From the NCBI RefSeq assembly GCF_009914755.1, contig NC_060937.1: a stretch of 64,000 nt of DNA. One strand, written 5' to 3'. Of this stretch, positions 29,401 through 44,485 are shown piece after piece. Under the pieces are notes generated by a model, which made no database searches, had not been told where the DNA came from, and worked only from the letters and a program-made list of their open reading frames with translations. The DNA is from the human T2T-CHM13v2.0 reference genome, Homo sapiens. Within the stretch, counting starts at the first letter, position 1. The number at the start of each line of letters is the position of its first letter. The position numbers and the translations under genes are program-made.

Positions 29401-30112
29401 GGGAATACAATGGCTAAGTTTGGTTTGATAATAGAAGTCACACCAGATACCTTTGATGAAATAGTTTAGCATTCAAGATCAAGCCTTAAATATTTTTCAA
29501 GATCAGTCTTTTAAGTGAGTACTATTATTCCATCTGGAAAACAAAGGTTATAAAAGCTATTTGAGAGCATAGAAAATTGAATACAATCATAGAAAATTAT
29601 TTTTACCCTAAAGTCAATCATTGACAAGTGTCTCATGAAAAAGGAAAATTATCATCTGAACTTATGAGAGAACTAAAATAATTTTTTATAACTTCAAAAA
29701 ATCAAAGTGTATTAACAGACTATACATAACGACAATCATTTTCTCTTTAATTCAAGGAATTTTCCTATTTTGAGATCTTTTAAAATAAAGTCATAATTAT
29801 TGAAAAAGGATAACATATGCTCATTCTAATATTTCAAGTGAAAGGAATTCATAACTTTGCCAAAACTTGTTCAAAAGTCTTTGTAAATAAATATAAGCTG
29901 CTTTTACGCGTACAGAACTTCTTCCATAGCATTTATTAACAATGGAACATGTTACCGTGTTTTTGATAGTGTTCTCATAAGTACTGGAAGCAGAATGCTA
30001 ACTATCTAGCCTTATATCTTCAATTATATTAATAAACACACTATCGAAATACCAATGCATTTGTTACACAAATAGAAAAGATAATTCTACAATTCTTTTA
30101 GAACTACAATAG

Positions 30113-30475
<363 letters not shown>

Positions 30476-30843
30476 ATATCACACTTCTTGATTTCAAAAT
30501 ATATTATAAGGTTATTGCGATCAAAACAGTGTAGTACTGACATGAAAACAGACATATGGATTAATAAAATGGACTGGAGAGATGAGAAATAAGGCTGTAC
30601 ATCTAGGGTCAACTGATCTTCTTTAATCATGCCAAGAACACATAATAGAGCAAGAATAGTTTCTTCAAAAACTCGTACTGGGAAAACTGAATATGCACTT
30701 GCAGAGAAATGTAACTGGACCTTCATCTCACACCATATATAAAAGTCAGCTCAAAATGCATTAAAGGTTTACTCATAAAACTTGACACAATAATACTCCT
30801 GGATGAAAGTGCAGACAAAAAGCTTCTTGGCATTGATCTGGGC

Positions 30844-30893
30844 TATATATATATATATATATACACACACATACATATATATACACACACATA

Positions 30894-30950
<57 letters not shown>
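30844..30950. repeat. Compound (TA)n/(CA)n microsatellite
   Basis: Direct inspection. Confidence 0.95.
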
Positions 30951-31683
30951 GGAGGATATTACCCTGAAAGCACAGGAAACAAAAGTAAAAGTGGGCAAAC
31001 AAGATTGCATCAAATGAAAATCCTGCTGCACAGCAAAGGAAGCGCATTTTTTCACTCTTGGAAAAAATCCAAAGTGAAAATACAACCTACTGAATGGAAG
31101 AAGATATCGGCAAACAATACATCTGATATGGCATTAACACCTAAAATATATAGGCAAGTCATACAACTCAATAGCAAAAAATAAAAAAGAGAAAAAAAGA
31201 ATCACTTGATTAAAAGTAGGAAAACAAGATGAATAGATGTTTCTTCAAAAGAAGACATAAAAGTGGCCAACTAGTAAATAAAAACATGCTCCGTATTACT
31301 AATAACCAAGGAAATGCAAATCAAAACCACAATGAGATAACATCTGACACCTATTAGAATGCCTACTGATAGAAAGATGAACCATAACAAGTGTTGTCGA
31401 GGATATAGAGAAAATGGATCCTTGTACGTGGTTATAGAGAATGTAAATTTGTACAGTCATTATGGAAAATAGTATTCAGGCTCATCAAAAAGATTAAAAA
31501 TGGAACTACTCTATGACTCAGCAATCCCGCATCTTGTGTATATCTAAAGGAAATCACATCAGCAACTCACAGAGTTATCTGCCCTCGCATAAATATTTCA
31601 GCATCACTCACTCATATCCAGCTAAGATATGGAAACAATCTAATTTCCTCTGATAGATTAATTAATAAAGAAATACATATACA

Positions 31684-32109
31684 CAGCTGACCCCTGAACA
31701 ACGTAGGTTTGAACTATGCAGATCCAACTATACAGGTATTTTCTTTTGCCTCTGCCATCCCTAAGACAACAAGACCAACCCCTCTTCTTCTTCCTCCTTC
31801 TCAGTCTACTCAATGTGAAGTTGATGAGGAGGATCTGTATGATGACCACTTTCACTTAATGACTTAATGCATAGTAAATGTATTTTCATTTCCTTATGAT
31901 GTTCTTAATAACATTTGCTTGTCTCTAGGTTACTTATTGTAAGGAGTATATAATATGTAAAATATATAAAATATGTATTCATTGATTCTCATATCAGTGA
32001 TACTGCTTTCAGTCAACAGTAGGCCATTAGCAGTTAAGTTTTTAGAGAGCAGAAAGTTGAAGAGTATTTCTGACTGCAGGAGGTGTTGCTGCCAATCACC
32101 TTTGCATCA
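31684..32109 (+). mobile_element. Tigger2a (MER28) DNA transposon, right TIR apparently lost
   Basis: cagctgacccctgaacaac...gtttgaact...caagaccaacccctc...gtcaacagtaggc.attag.agttaagttttt. Confidence 0.85.
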
Positions 32110-33914
32110 AATATATATAAAATATGTATATTTCCTATATTCCTAATAACATATTATTTCCCTAATAAAATAAAATTGTTATTATATATTATGTGTAAAC
32201 AATGGAATATTATTTAGCCTTATAAAAGAAGGAAATTCTGCCATTTGCCACAACATTGAACGCTAAGCAAACTAAAATAACCCAAAAGCAAAAAGAAAAA
32301 TACTGCACGATCTCATGTATACATTAAATCCAAAATAGTTAAACTCATAGAAACAGAAAGTAGAATGGTAGTTACCAGGGGCTGAAATGGCGTGGTGGGT
32401 GGGAAATTGGGAGGTGTTGGTCAAGGAGTACAAAGATTAAAAGATGCAAGATGAACAAGTTTTGGAGATCTGCTGATCAACAATGTAATTAAAGTTAGCA
32501 ACACTGTAGTATATTTGAAATTCACTAAGAGGGTAGATCTTAGGCATACTCACCACACACACAGAAAAATAAAATTGTAACTATGCCAGGTAATAAACAT
32601 GTTAATTAGTTTGATTTTGACTATTTCACAATGTGTACATGTATCAAATCATCAAGGCATACAGCTTAATTACATAATTTTTTAAAATTGTCAACTATAC
32701 CTCAATAAAGCTAGGAGAAAATAAATTTATAATGAATATAGTACTTAGTAAATGTTGTGTAGGATAGCAAAGATAAAATCTTAGAGAATGGACTTTAGCT
32801 TATACCAGGAGAAGGGTCCTATATTCCCCTAAAATATTTGCAAATGTATTATCAGTTGAAGAAAGTTCACTACGCTAATTTATGATGATAGCACAATTCA
32901 TTTGTAAAGTGTGTGTGTTCAGAAAATACTGAGATACAGCACTGAGACCATCAATTCTTGAAAAAACTAAAACAGAAAAGAAAAGAAAGATGATGTCTTT
33001 TCTGTTGAAATTTTTTAACAACCAGCAGGATAATAAGAAAGTTGACTTAATGAGGTCTACATATAATTTTGTAAAGCTGATATTTAACACCAGGCTTTAC
33101 AGAATATAGAGCTTGGCAAGATACATGGAATGAAGCAGAGGATCAGAGGAAAATGAAGAGGAGATAAAAAGAAAGGGCTATTCCTGAATTGAATGACAAT
33201 TTCTCCTGACATAACCACTCATCAGATTAGTATTCTTCTGCAAAGCAATAGTAAATACAGGGACATGTAGTAGACAGAGCTTTTGCAGCTCCAAGGCTCC
33301 ATTTGCATGAGTGGATAATAAGCATTCACCTCACTATACGGTGTTATAGCTTACAAGGAAGTAAGCAAAGGAAGTTAGAGGAAAAAAATTAGCTTTTCTC
33401 CCAATGTAGTCATAGATCTTTCCAATTTGAAAAAAAATCACCTAGTCAATGGATATTTTATAGCAAGAGAATATTTATAAGGTGATATTCAACCTGCTTC
33501 CTATCAAATGCAAAATAAATTATAAAATATTTCCCATAGGCAGAAAATTGAAAATGTTAACAATCGATCTATAGTAAGATTTTATTCTGTATTGTAGGAG
33601 AATGGACTGCAATGTTTCAGAATTGTGTGTGAATTGTAAGACATGGTACAAGCACAAATGCCCCAAGCTATAGAATTGATGACAATATTCTTAAATATCA
33701 ACAAACAGCCTGAAATATCCATGATATTTTAAAATAATTTCTCAATAATTTATAGAACAATAAAAAGGCCATATTCTGGACCATAAAAACCTCAATGCAT
33801 TTAAAAGAATTCAAGTTATCTTATGTATTTTATTTAACCACAGTAAAAATAATTTACAATCTAATAAAAGAAAGGCATCTAGATAATCACTAAGTATTTG
33901 AAAACAAAATAATA

Positions 33915-33917
<3 letters not shown>

Positions 33918-33945
<28 letters not shown>

Positions 33946-34241
33946 GAGACGGAGTCTCGCTCTGTCGTCCAGGCTGGAGTGTTCAGTGGCAGGATCTCGG
34001 CTCACTGCAAGTTCCGCCTCCCGGGTTCACACCATTCTCCTGCCTCAGCCTTCCTAGTAGCTGAGACTACAGGCGCCTGCCACCACACCAGGCTAATTTT
34101 ATTTTATTTTATCTTATTTTTTTAGTAGAGACGGGGTTTAACCCTGTTAGCCAGGATGGTCTCCATCTCCTGACCTCGTGATCCGCCCGCCTCGGCTTCC
34201 CAAAGTGCTGGGATTGCAGGTGTGAGCCACTACGCCCGGTC
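33918..34241 (-). mobile_element. AluY
   Basis: gcaag.tccgcctcccgggttcac.ccattc and gttagccaggatggtc diagnostics; pure poly-T; TSD aataatatactttt on both sides. Confidence 0.96.
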
Positions 34242-35201
34242 AATAATATACTTTTATATAATTCAAGATTAAAGAAAAAAGTAAAAGGTAAATTAGAATG
34301 TGTTTTGAAATGAAGGAAAATGTAACCCACAACATAATCAAATTGACAGAAATTGGCAAAACAATACTTTAGGGAATATTAATAAGCATGACATATTAGA
34401 CAAAAGAAACTTCTGAAGTCAATAACTTCAAACTTTAGTAAAGTAGAAAAAATCAAAAGCTATACTCAAAATAAGGAGAAAAAAATGATTATGATCAGGA
34501 ACTAAACTAGAATACAGAAAAACAATAAAGCATCTTTGAAATGAAAAAATGAGTCTGCAAAAATAATGAAATAGATAAACTTATAGTGAGACTGATCAGA
34601 ATAAAAAGAAGAGAAAAAAACTACCGCTATGAAGAATGAAGTATGTGATATGGCTATAGATTAATAGAATAAGAAGATATCATTAACTTCATAGCAATCA
34701 ATTTAAAATTTTAGATAAAATTGGCAAATTTTCTGAAATATACATAAATTCAAAGCTTGATCAAGAAAAAATAGATAACCTGAGTATTCTTATATCTATT
34801 ACAAAGATTTTACTATTTTCCCACGAAGAAATGTCCTAACCTAGATGGCTTTTGTGATTAATTCGACCAAAAATTGAAGAAAGAATGTATACCAATTCTA
34901 CATAAACTCTACCAGAAAATTAATCAGGAGGAATCTCTGCTGTGTTCATGAGTACAGTGTTACCCTAATACCATTAGCAAATTCATTTCAAGAACAGAAG
35001 ACTACATCAAATATCCTGCATGAAGAAAGTTAAAAATCCTCTAAATACAATTTTCATAAATTCAATACCTCAGTATATAAAAATGATGAAACATAATGAG
35101 TAAGTGTTATATCAGGAATACATCAGGAATACAAGTTGGGTGAACATTCAAGAATCAACATATAAAAATCACTATTTGAAACGTCTAAATAAGAACAAAT
35201 A

Positions 35202-35510
35202 GGCCCGTTGCCGTGGCTCACTCCTGTAATCCCAGCACTTTGGGAAGCCAAGGCAGGCAGACTTCTTGAGCTCAGGAGTTCAAGAGACCAGCCTGGCCAT
35301 CATGGTGAAACCCTGTCTCTACTAAAACTACAAAAGTTAACCAGGTGTGGTAGCATTTGCCTGTAATCCTACCTACTACTCGGGTGGCTGAGGCAGGACA
35401 ATTGATTGGACCCTGAAGGCAGAGGTTGCAGTGAACCGTGATCATGCCACTGCACTCCAGCACTCCGGTCAGCAGAGGGAGTCTCTGTCTCAAAAAAAAA
35501 AAAAAAAAAA
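35202..35510 (+). mobile_element. Older Alu (AluSz/Jb-like)
   Basis: Dimeric Alu with cttgagctcaggagtt; poly-A tail. Confidence 0.9.
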
Positions 35511-35620
35511 GAAAAGAAAAAAAGGAAGAAGAAAAAAACGGAAGGAAGGAAAGAAGGAAGGAAGGAAGGTAGGAAGGAAGAAAGTGAGGGAAGGGGGCAG
35601 GGAGGGGAGGGAGGGAAGAA
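35511..35620. repeat. (GGAA)n/GA-rich low-complexity extension of the Alu tail
   Basis: Direct inspection. Confidence 0.9.
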
Positions 35621-36044
35621 TAAAAGCAAAATAAAAGAATTTGACAAAATCCAACACCTATTTTAAATAAAAACAAGCAAAACAAGGAATAGAAACTTCC
35701 TCAACTTGATAAAGGGCATAAAACAAACCACTGAACATTTTCCATCTAAGTTCAGTAACGAGGCAAAGCTATACACTCTCATCATTTCTACTGAACATTG
35801 TGTTGAAAGTTTTGGAAAGGGCATTTAGGAAAGAAAAAGAAATAAAAGGGATTCATATCTGAAAGAAATAATGAAACCATCTCATTTCCAAATGACATGA
35901 TCATTCATGTAAAAGTCCATGGAATCTACCAAAAAAAATCTATTAATGCCAGTATGTGAGTTTAGCAAAATTACAGGACATAATATTAATATGGAAAATT
36001 CAATAACATTTTTGTATACCAGCAACAACCAGAAATTTATTGTT

Positions 36045-36232
36045 CTAGCCTGAGATCTGGTTCTGATGGTACAAACTTTATGGATGTCGATCATGGCATC
36101 TTCATCTGTAAATCTGGGAGAACATCTTCCCTGTCTAACAGAGAGGGTAGTTGGGAAGATGGAATGGAATAGTGAGTGTGAATATGCTCTATAAATTACA
36201 AAGTGCTGTGCAAATACTGACAGTTATTATAC
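36045..36232 (+). mobile_element. MIR (MIRc/MIR3-like)
   Basis: cttcatctgtaaa core and gtgtgaatatgctctataaattacaaagtgctgtgcaaat...ttattat tail. Confidence 0.6.
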
Positions 36233-37903
36233 TCATAAAAAGCTTATGCACTAATGAGAAAGTTAAAAGAAAAAGACCTAGTTATTCTTACAGGGATGTA
36301 TTTTGCGTAAGTACAAAATGTATTTATGGGTAGAAAAAAATGGAAAATATAAATCAAAAAATTATTTTTGTATTCATTAGATGTTTTTCTAACTATGTAA
36401 TGTTTAGTATTGACAATGTAGCAACATTAAAAATTCATTGTCTTCATGCTAAAAAAAACACAATAGCATCAAAGTATGAAATAATTAGGAATAACAGATC
36501 AAAAGTGACATGAAATATACTTAAGCTGAAAACTAAAAAAAAAAAAAAAGACTAATGACAGAAATATTAAAATCCCTAAATAAAACAAGAGATACACTTT
36601 TTTTTGAGTCAGAGCATTCAATATAGTGAAAGTGTCTAGTCTCCTCAGGTTTGTTTATAGTTTTCCTAGAATAGATGTTAAAATCACAAAAAGATTTTTA
36701 GTAGAAATTAACAAGGTGATTCAAAAATTTACATGAATATTCAAAGGCCTCAGAATTGTCAAAATATCTTTGAAGAAGAACCAAGTTGAAGAACTAACAT
36801 TACCTGGCATTAAGCATTATTATAATGCTGCAGTTATTAAGACATTGGGGTTTTATCTAGGGATAGAAAACAAGATCTATTCAAAAGAATTGAGAACTTG
36901 AAACACAACAAACATATTTGAACAACAGATTTTTGACAAATACAGAGCAATTTGTTCATTCAATAAATTGCGCAGGAACAGTTACAATTAATATGCCCCA
37001 AAATGAATTTGTTCTTATTTCTTTTTAATGAGTAGATGTCCTGAAAGAAACTGAGATAAATAATATTACCTTTCAATATTCCTGGTCATTGTAATAGGCT
37101 CCTACTCCTGACTCATGCTTTTATTAATTCTTGCATTAAATTATGTATGTCTGCATTATATTCATTTCATATACTAGGCTTGAAAGTTCTGATACCTGGA
37201 TTATGTTTATTTATACCTATGTTGGTTGTAGTTACTGCTGACTTAGTGTGATTTCTTTCCTTTAGTATACTGTAATTCATTTAAAAAATTCTTTATTGGG
37301 AGCTTATATTTTTGGGAACTCAGTGGCAATTATGCATGCCTGAAACTTCCGTCATATGCATATGTGTGCTTTTATATGTGTGTGTGTTTTTTGGACCATG
37401 AAAATAGTAGAAAAGCAGGTCCCAGGCTATTTTGAAGGTCAACCAATGGAAAAACTTTTCAGGGAATTTACTCATTTTTTTCTTTAAAGAAAGATAAAGC
37501 TGAGATAAGCATGTAAACATTTTATAGTTGTATTGTTTTGTGAAATGTATTTTTCCCACTGTACCCAATTTTCTGTATTATAGTCTATGAGGTATGGTCT
37601 TTAACTTAATCCTTCAAACTTTGCCTTAGTCATTTCTCTGTGCTCTAAAATTCTAATCTACTTTGATTTATAGCAACGTCTGTGCTATATAGCAGGTTGA
37701 AAACTCTATTACCTTTATAGCTTTGTGTTCCAGGCTGGCTTTTGACCTCAGATCTTTTCTCTGAATTACCTTCAGAGCATCTACTTGTTTAAAAATATTT
37801 GTAAAATTAAATATTATATATAGGTGTTTTATGAGGTGAGGAGTTCACGATATGGATTAAAATAGAATTCAATACAATATTTTCTTAAGTTAAATCAATT
37901 TAG

Positions 37904-38184
<281 letters not shown>

Positions 38185-39568
38185 TTCTATAGTATTTTAT
38201 AGAATTTGCCAAACAAATTCGAATTACTGGCTTGAAATTTTTTTTACACTCGTATAAATGGAGTCTTTACTTTGATGCATGAAAAAAAGAATAAAAGTTT
38301 AAATAAAACTGAATATTTCCATACACTTATACTATGTGACGTTATGTTTGAAATTGCATTTGAAGTTATTTTAAGACAAATTGTTCTTAAAAAGTAGGTC
38401 GAAATATTCCTGAAATCAGAAGTTTTAATGCACTGCAGCTAATAAACACATTTTGAATGTATAATTTCTCTTGACAGCAAGTTGGAATACTTAAGATTTT
38501 TGGAAGCTAATTGCACTCTCATTTAGTTTAATGAACATTTTCAGTAGCAATATTATGATTCATGTTTCTTTGGGAAAGAACAGCTTGATACTTATGAAGT
38601 GTTTAGTTGTTCTGTGCAAGACATGTGGCTACTTTGGGAATTTTTTTAAACAATTAGCTCAGGCTGACATTAGCAATTATTTCTTTAAAAAATCTAATCC
38701 TATATTAAGCATATGTTAGTAATGCTTGGGATAATGAAATTGGTTTTCAACACCATCACTATCTGAGGAAAAATATTACATAAATTCTTTTTTGTTACTA
38801 GCAAGATTCCCTCTGGAAATAATCGACTAGCCATATGACCAATTAATCAAGAAAGAGGGGAGGGGAACTTCTCTAGAACTCTTTACACACTTGTTTTTGT
38901 CATTTGTAAAATATCTGATTTTACGTAAGTGAATTATCATTAATATTAAATAGTTTTAGGAGAGGCAGTGTTTCATTTTTTACCCTTTCAAATTTGCACC
39001 CAATTGAGTGACAGATGTATAAATAATAATGTCGTCGAGTTTACCATTAATCAGTCATCTTGGTGAGCATGGCTGATACCTGTTTCTAAGTTTGTATGAT
39101 CTGAATTAGATAAATGTCCTCACAATGCTCTGGCACACCCGAATATCTGCTCATTTTTACCCCACTGGGAAAAACAGTCCCAGTAAGGAACCAATGTAAA
39201 GCCCCACCTTTTCCACATAGCGTAAAATTATGAACTAAACTTCGAGTTCTTTCCATCACTGAGTTCACTGAAGCAGAAACCTAATACAATCCATGCCACG
39301 TTAACTAATGGATACTACTTTCAAAGGCATTCATTCTCACTGCCAATTATTCATTTAAAAACTTGTAATATTGAATTGGAATTATTAGTTTAGGGAGCTA
39401 TTTGTTAGAATCAAACTAAACTATTTTTGTTTATAAATATTCATCTCAGATTCAGCATCTGTATTAGTTTTAAATGAACTTTTTACCTTAGAATAGTTCT
39501 ACATTTATGAAAAATGAAAAAAGATGGCACAGAGTCCCCATATGTAATACCCATAGTTTTTATTATTC

Positions 39569-39677
39569 TAAATGTCTTAAACTAGTACTGTATATGTCTT
39601 ATACTAGTACTTTTATCACAACCGTGTATGTCTTATGCTAGTACTAAATGTCTTATACTAGTATTTTTGTCACAACT
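39569..39677. repeat. Four degenerate copies of atgtcttatactagtact
   Basis: Units begin near 39572, 39594, 39628 and 39648. Confidence 0.85.
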
Positions 39678-40001
39678 AATGAGCAGATATTGGTAATTAT
39701 TAGTAATTAAATTCTATACTTCAGATATTTTTCATTTTTTACTTAATCTCTTTATTTTTTTCTTACTGTTCTATCCGTAGCAGCACAATTTATTTGCTCA
39801 TCAACCTTAGGCTTCTGTTGGCTATGACATTTTCTTTGTTTTTCACAAATTTGAGCATTTTGAGGAATGCTGGTCGGGTATTTTACAGAACATTCTTCAC
39901 TTGGGTTAGCCTGATGTTTTCCAATGATTAAGCAGGGGTTTTATGTTTTGAGGAAGAAGATAAGAGATGCAGAGTGCCATGCTAATCACTTCCTACCAAG
40001 G

Positions 40002-40074
40002 AATCAACATGACTTATTGATGTTAAACATGGTCACAATCAACATGGCTTGTTGTTGCTGTTAAAAGTGGTCAC
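40002..40074. repeat. Diverged ~35-bp tandem duplication
   Basis: aatcaacatgacttattgatgttaaacatggtcac versus aatcaacatggcttgttgttgctgttaaaagtggtcac. Confidence 0.75.
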
Positions 40075-42147
40075 CTGGCTGAGGTAGTATTTGTCAGGTT
40101 TCTCTAACATGAAGTTACACTTTTACACATCCCCCACCCTTTTTCATACCGTGCTCTTTGGAAAGAAGTCACTCTGCGCAGCCCATATTTCTTAAATAAT
40201 AGAGAGTTACATTCCAAGGAGTAATTACATTTTGAATTACTTAGCATGGGAGATCCACTTATTTCCGCTTGTTAATGTTTTGATGCAGTCCTTTATTTAT
40301 ATCAATATAGATTCATGGATATTTGTTTTATATTGTGGTTAATAATTCAGTACTTTATTATTTACATTATGGCTCAAATTTTCTCTCTTTGGACATTGAA
40401 AGCTCTTTCAGTTGGTACCTGTGTCCCTTTGACATATCTCCATTATTGTGGATTTTTGAGCACCTCCTTACTATCTGTCACTATAAGATGCTCTGGAGTT
40501 ATGTTATATATACTCTGTCCCAGCTCTAGATTCTTCTATTTCTCCAAAAAGCCCCAGTTTATTTTGTTAGAGAATAGTACTGGAAACCAATTTGGGTTGC
40601 TGGGGTGTTCATGGCTACTGAAACAATTGTTTCTGGGTCCTCTCAGCTGACAGAACAAGGGAACTGCCTGTATATTTTCCTGTGTATCTTAAAAATACTA
40701 TAAATAGTTCTGTATGTACTTATGTGTGTCTACATTAAGTTTAACATTGTTCATGCTGATGCTGCCAACTCTAGTATGTCATAATACAGATGACTTCAGC
40801 CTTCTCCTCTTACCTGTCTCTAATCAATTACTCCAATATTGGGAAACAACAATCTACCATTCGTTTACTTCATTATTCAATCCCATCATGCACATATGGT
40901 TTCAAAGTCATTAACCCTTCCCTCTGCAGAAAATAACTTTATAATGGGAGTACAGTTTTTTTCTTTGCTCTTACAGTATTCATTCATACCCAAAGTTATC
41001 AAAGTCAACACCTTTTCTTTCTCCTTCATTGTGGTTGTTTCATTTATTTATAATAGTTAGGTTCTTTTATCACATTCTGCACTCCATCTTCAGTTCCCTC
41101 AGACTCATAAATGTCTTTGTTTTTGCTTACATGCATTCAGCACTCATTCTTTGTGCTATAAATTTTTATAGGTTCTGGCACTTACATAGTATTGACTACC
41201 TACCATAATAATGTAAGACAAAATATTTTCAGTGCCTTAAAGTTTCCTTGTGCTTTACATATTAAATGCCCCCATCACAACAAAAACAAAAATAAAACAT
41301 AACACCAGTAACAAAACAATGCCTTTCAACCACTACTCTGTTTACCGCCTCTATAGTTTTACCTTTTCCAGAATGTCATACAGTCAGAAACACACATTAT
41401 GTAGCTTTTTGAGCCTAGCTTCTTTTAGCTATGTGCATTTAAGATTTATCCTTGCTTTTTGTGTGATTTAATAGCTCAAACTCTTATTTCTAAATGTTAA
41501 TCTATTATATGGATGCGCCTTCTTGTTCTATTTATTAATATAAATGTGTTTCATTGCTATTTAAAACAAGGTAACCGCACATTTTTAAGAAAATAGATTC
41601 TTTAGCCACTTAGAAAATATTAATTAATAGAAGATAGTTTTAATCTTAAGTATATGTATTACTTATTTTATACTCAATGTCAAGAGAAAAAATATATAAA
41701 TTAATCATCTTTCTATGTACCATAACTTACATGTTTCGTAGACCGAGAGAAAATTAAAATATATATACTGAACCAATAGTTGCATTAATCTAACAGAGTA
41801 ATAAGTATACTTTAATAATTCTGTATCCATTTTTTTAAATATATATCAATGCTCTTATTTTCTCAATAATAAACAGTTATATAATCACATACTTCTATAT
41901 GTGCATATAATATGAAATATAAGTGGTTATAGTTTTCTTAATTAACCAAATGACACCATACACAATTTGGAATACACTAAAAATAATACTTTTACTTTAT
42001 TTTGAGAAAAGTTAAGCATCTTTAGCACTACTTAAGCACATTTGCTCTGATAAGTTATTTGCTAAAAAATTAGATTAAAAATTAGATAAAGATTTGAGTG
42101 TATTGTTTCATTACAGAAGTTAACTTTTACCTATGTGCTTGATATAT

Positions 42148-42165
42148 TATATATATGTGTGTGTG

Positions 42166-42227
<62 letters not shown>
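42148..42227. repeat. (TA)n(GA)n compound microsatellite
   Basis: Direct inspection. Confidence 0.95.
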
Positions 42228-42230
<3 letters not shown>

Positions 42231-43384
42231 TCGTTGTAAATGCCTTTTTTACTTTCTTTCAAATGTTTGGCATTATTTTTATCAAGGCAATTTTTTTTAA
42301 AGAGACTATACTAGGTAATATTTAGATATATTAAATCTCTTGTTCAAAATTTAGCAAATGGTTCATTATGCATGCGTAAGGAAGAGTTGAGAACACAAAG
42401 ACGTCTGTAAAGGAATTGCAGCTTTTGAAAAGCCAATATAATAATGGGAAAAAACAAGGAAGTAAGAGATAAAAAATACTTTAAAGGAGCAGTCTATGCC
42501 ATGAAACATAACAATTTTAAAATATATATAAAACTAAGTCTATGTTAATTAAATATATAAATTAATATACGGACATTGTTATAGATATATAATTTGTCAT
42601 CATATATGCAATAATAATTTGCAAGCTTTTCTTTTTTTCCTCTTGTATAATATGTATAAGTGGGCCTGAAAAGGTTTAACCAAAAATGAAACAGATAGCC
42701 CTTATTACTCATGACTCCTTTTTGGTGTGGTCTTATATGTATGATTCCTTTTACTCTACAGGTATTTTGGATTCATTTATTATTTTAATTAGAGTTTGGG
42801 ACAAGTTGCAGATAATTTTGTTCTTCCCAAGCTGTCATTCTTTCCAGGTGTGGGTGGGTGGATAATCTGGCTCTCTAGAAATTTTATTAGTACTACATTA
42901 AATATCTTAATTGTATAGGTAGAAACACAATCTATAAAGTATAATAATTTAGTCAAATAAAATCACTTTAAAAGCCTCAAATTTGTGTTTTATTTGTACA
43001 TATCAAAATTTATTCTATGAAGCAGTACATTAAAATATTAAACACTGAAATGATGGAATTTTCAAATTAAACACTACAGTATATATATATTTACATATAC
43101 ATATATACACACACATACATACATATATATAAATTCGTAATATGGAAGCTGTTGTTAATTTAAATAATTTTAATGAGGTTACCAAGATGTGTCAAAAAAG
43201 CAGCATGCTTTTCTAAGATTATTTTTAATTCTTCCTAGTTCAGTAAGAACTCATTTCAGGTTTTAGATAAACTGGATGATATGTGATTTTTTGAGAATTT
43301 TTTTCATCTTGAAATTGATTTATTAATGTCTAGTTGTTGTCAGATCTAGCCTAAAATATGACTTTAACAGTAAATATTGTGTAA

Positions 43385-43756
<372 letters not shown>

Positions 43757-44163
43757 TAATATTGGATTTTAAACTACATGTTTTAATAGTAATTTCAGTT
43801 GTATGGAAGATTATATGAAAAAGACACTCTATGTTAACATAATATATATATTCACTGTATCACTAACATACTATTACTATGTATATATTCACATAATTAA
43901 ATGGCCACTAAATGCATAAATTATTTGCCTAATTGTAACTGTCTTTCACATTGTCTGTAGAATATTTTATCTCATATTTTGTTCACACACCAAAAATATC
44001 TGTTATAACATTAAAATTCTCTGGGGCCCTATAATTGTTATTTTTGTCCGATAACACTGCTTGCTATATTCTGATTTATAGTATCCTTCAGGATTTTGAA
44101 AAAAATTTTAAAAATTATTATCTATCTTCTTATAATTTCAATTACTCAATTTTATTGATACAT

Positions 44164-44485
44164 ATTATTTATTTATTTTTATTTATTTTTTAGTTTTATT
44201 TTTGAGATGGAGTCTTGCTCTGTGCCCCAGGCTTCAGTGCAGTGGCACGATCTGGGCTCACTGCAGCCTCTGATTCCTGGGTTCCAGCGATTCTCCTGCC
44301 TCAGCCTCTTGGGTAGCTGGGATTACAGGCCCAGGCCACCACACCCGGCTAATTTTTGTATTTTTAGTAGAGACAGGGTTTCACCATATTGGTCAGGCTG
44401 GTCTCGAATGCCTGACCTCAGGTGATCTGCCCGCCTCGGCCTCCCAAAGTGCTGGGATTACAGACATGAGCCACCGGGCCCGGCT
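44164..44485 (-). mobile_element. AluS (Sx-like)
   Basis: Full dimer with cctgacctcaggtgatc; abuts the tail of the next Alu. Confidence 0.93.

Larger units (their letters stand above)
33680..37010 (+). mobile_element. Old L1M (L1MC/MD-like) ORF2, fragmented by two Alus and a MIR-containing insert
   Basis: Collinear ORF2-like motifs: ccatattctggaccataaa, cctagatggcttt, gaatttgacaaaatccaacacc, caaatgacatgat, ttttgacaaa. Confidence 0.75.
39470..41520 (-). mobile_element. LINE-1 long 3' UTR (L1MC3/L1MD-like)
   Basis: tagaatagtt.tacattta...gaaaaa...cagagtccccatat start; tttgtcaggtttctc...aagttac; ccttttccagaatgtcata near the ORF2 end. Confidence 0.7.
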
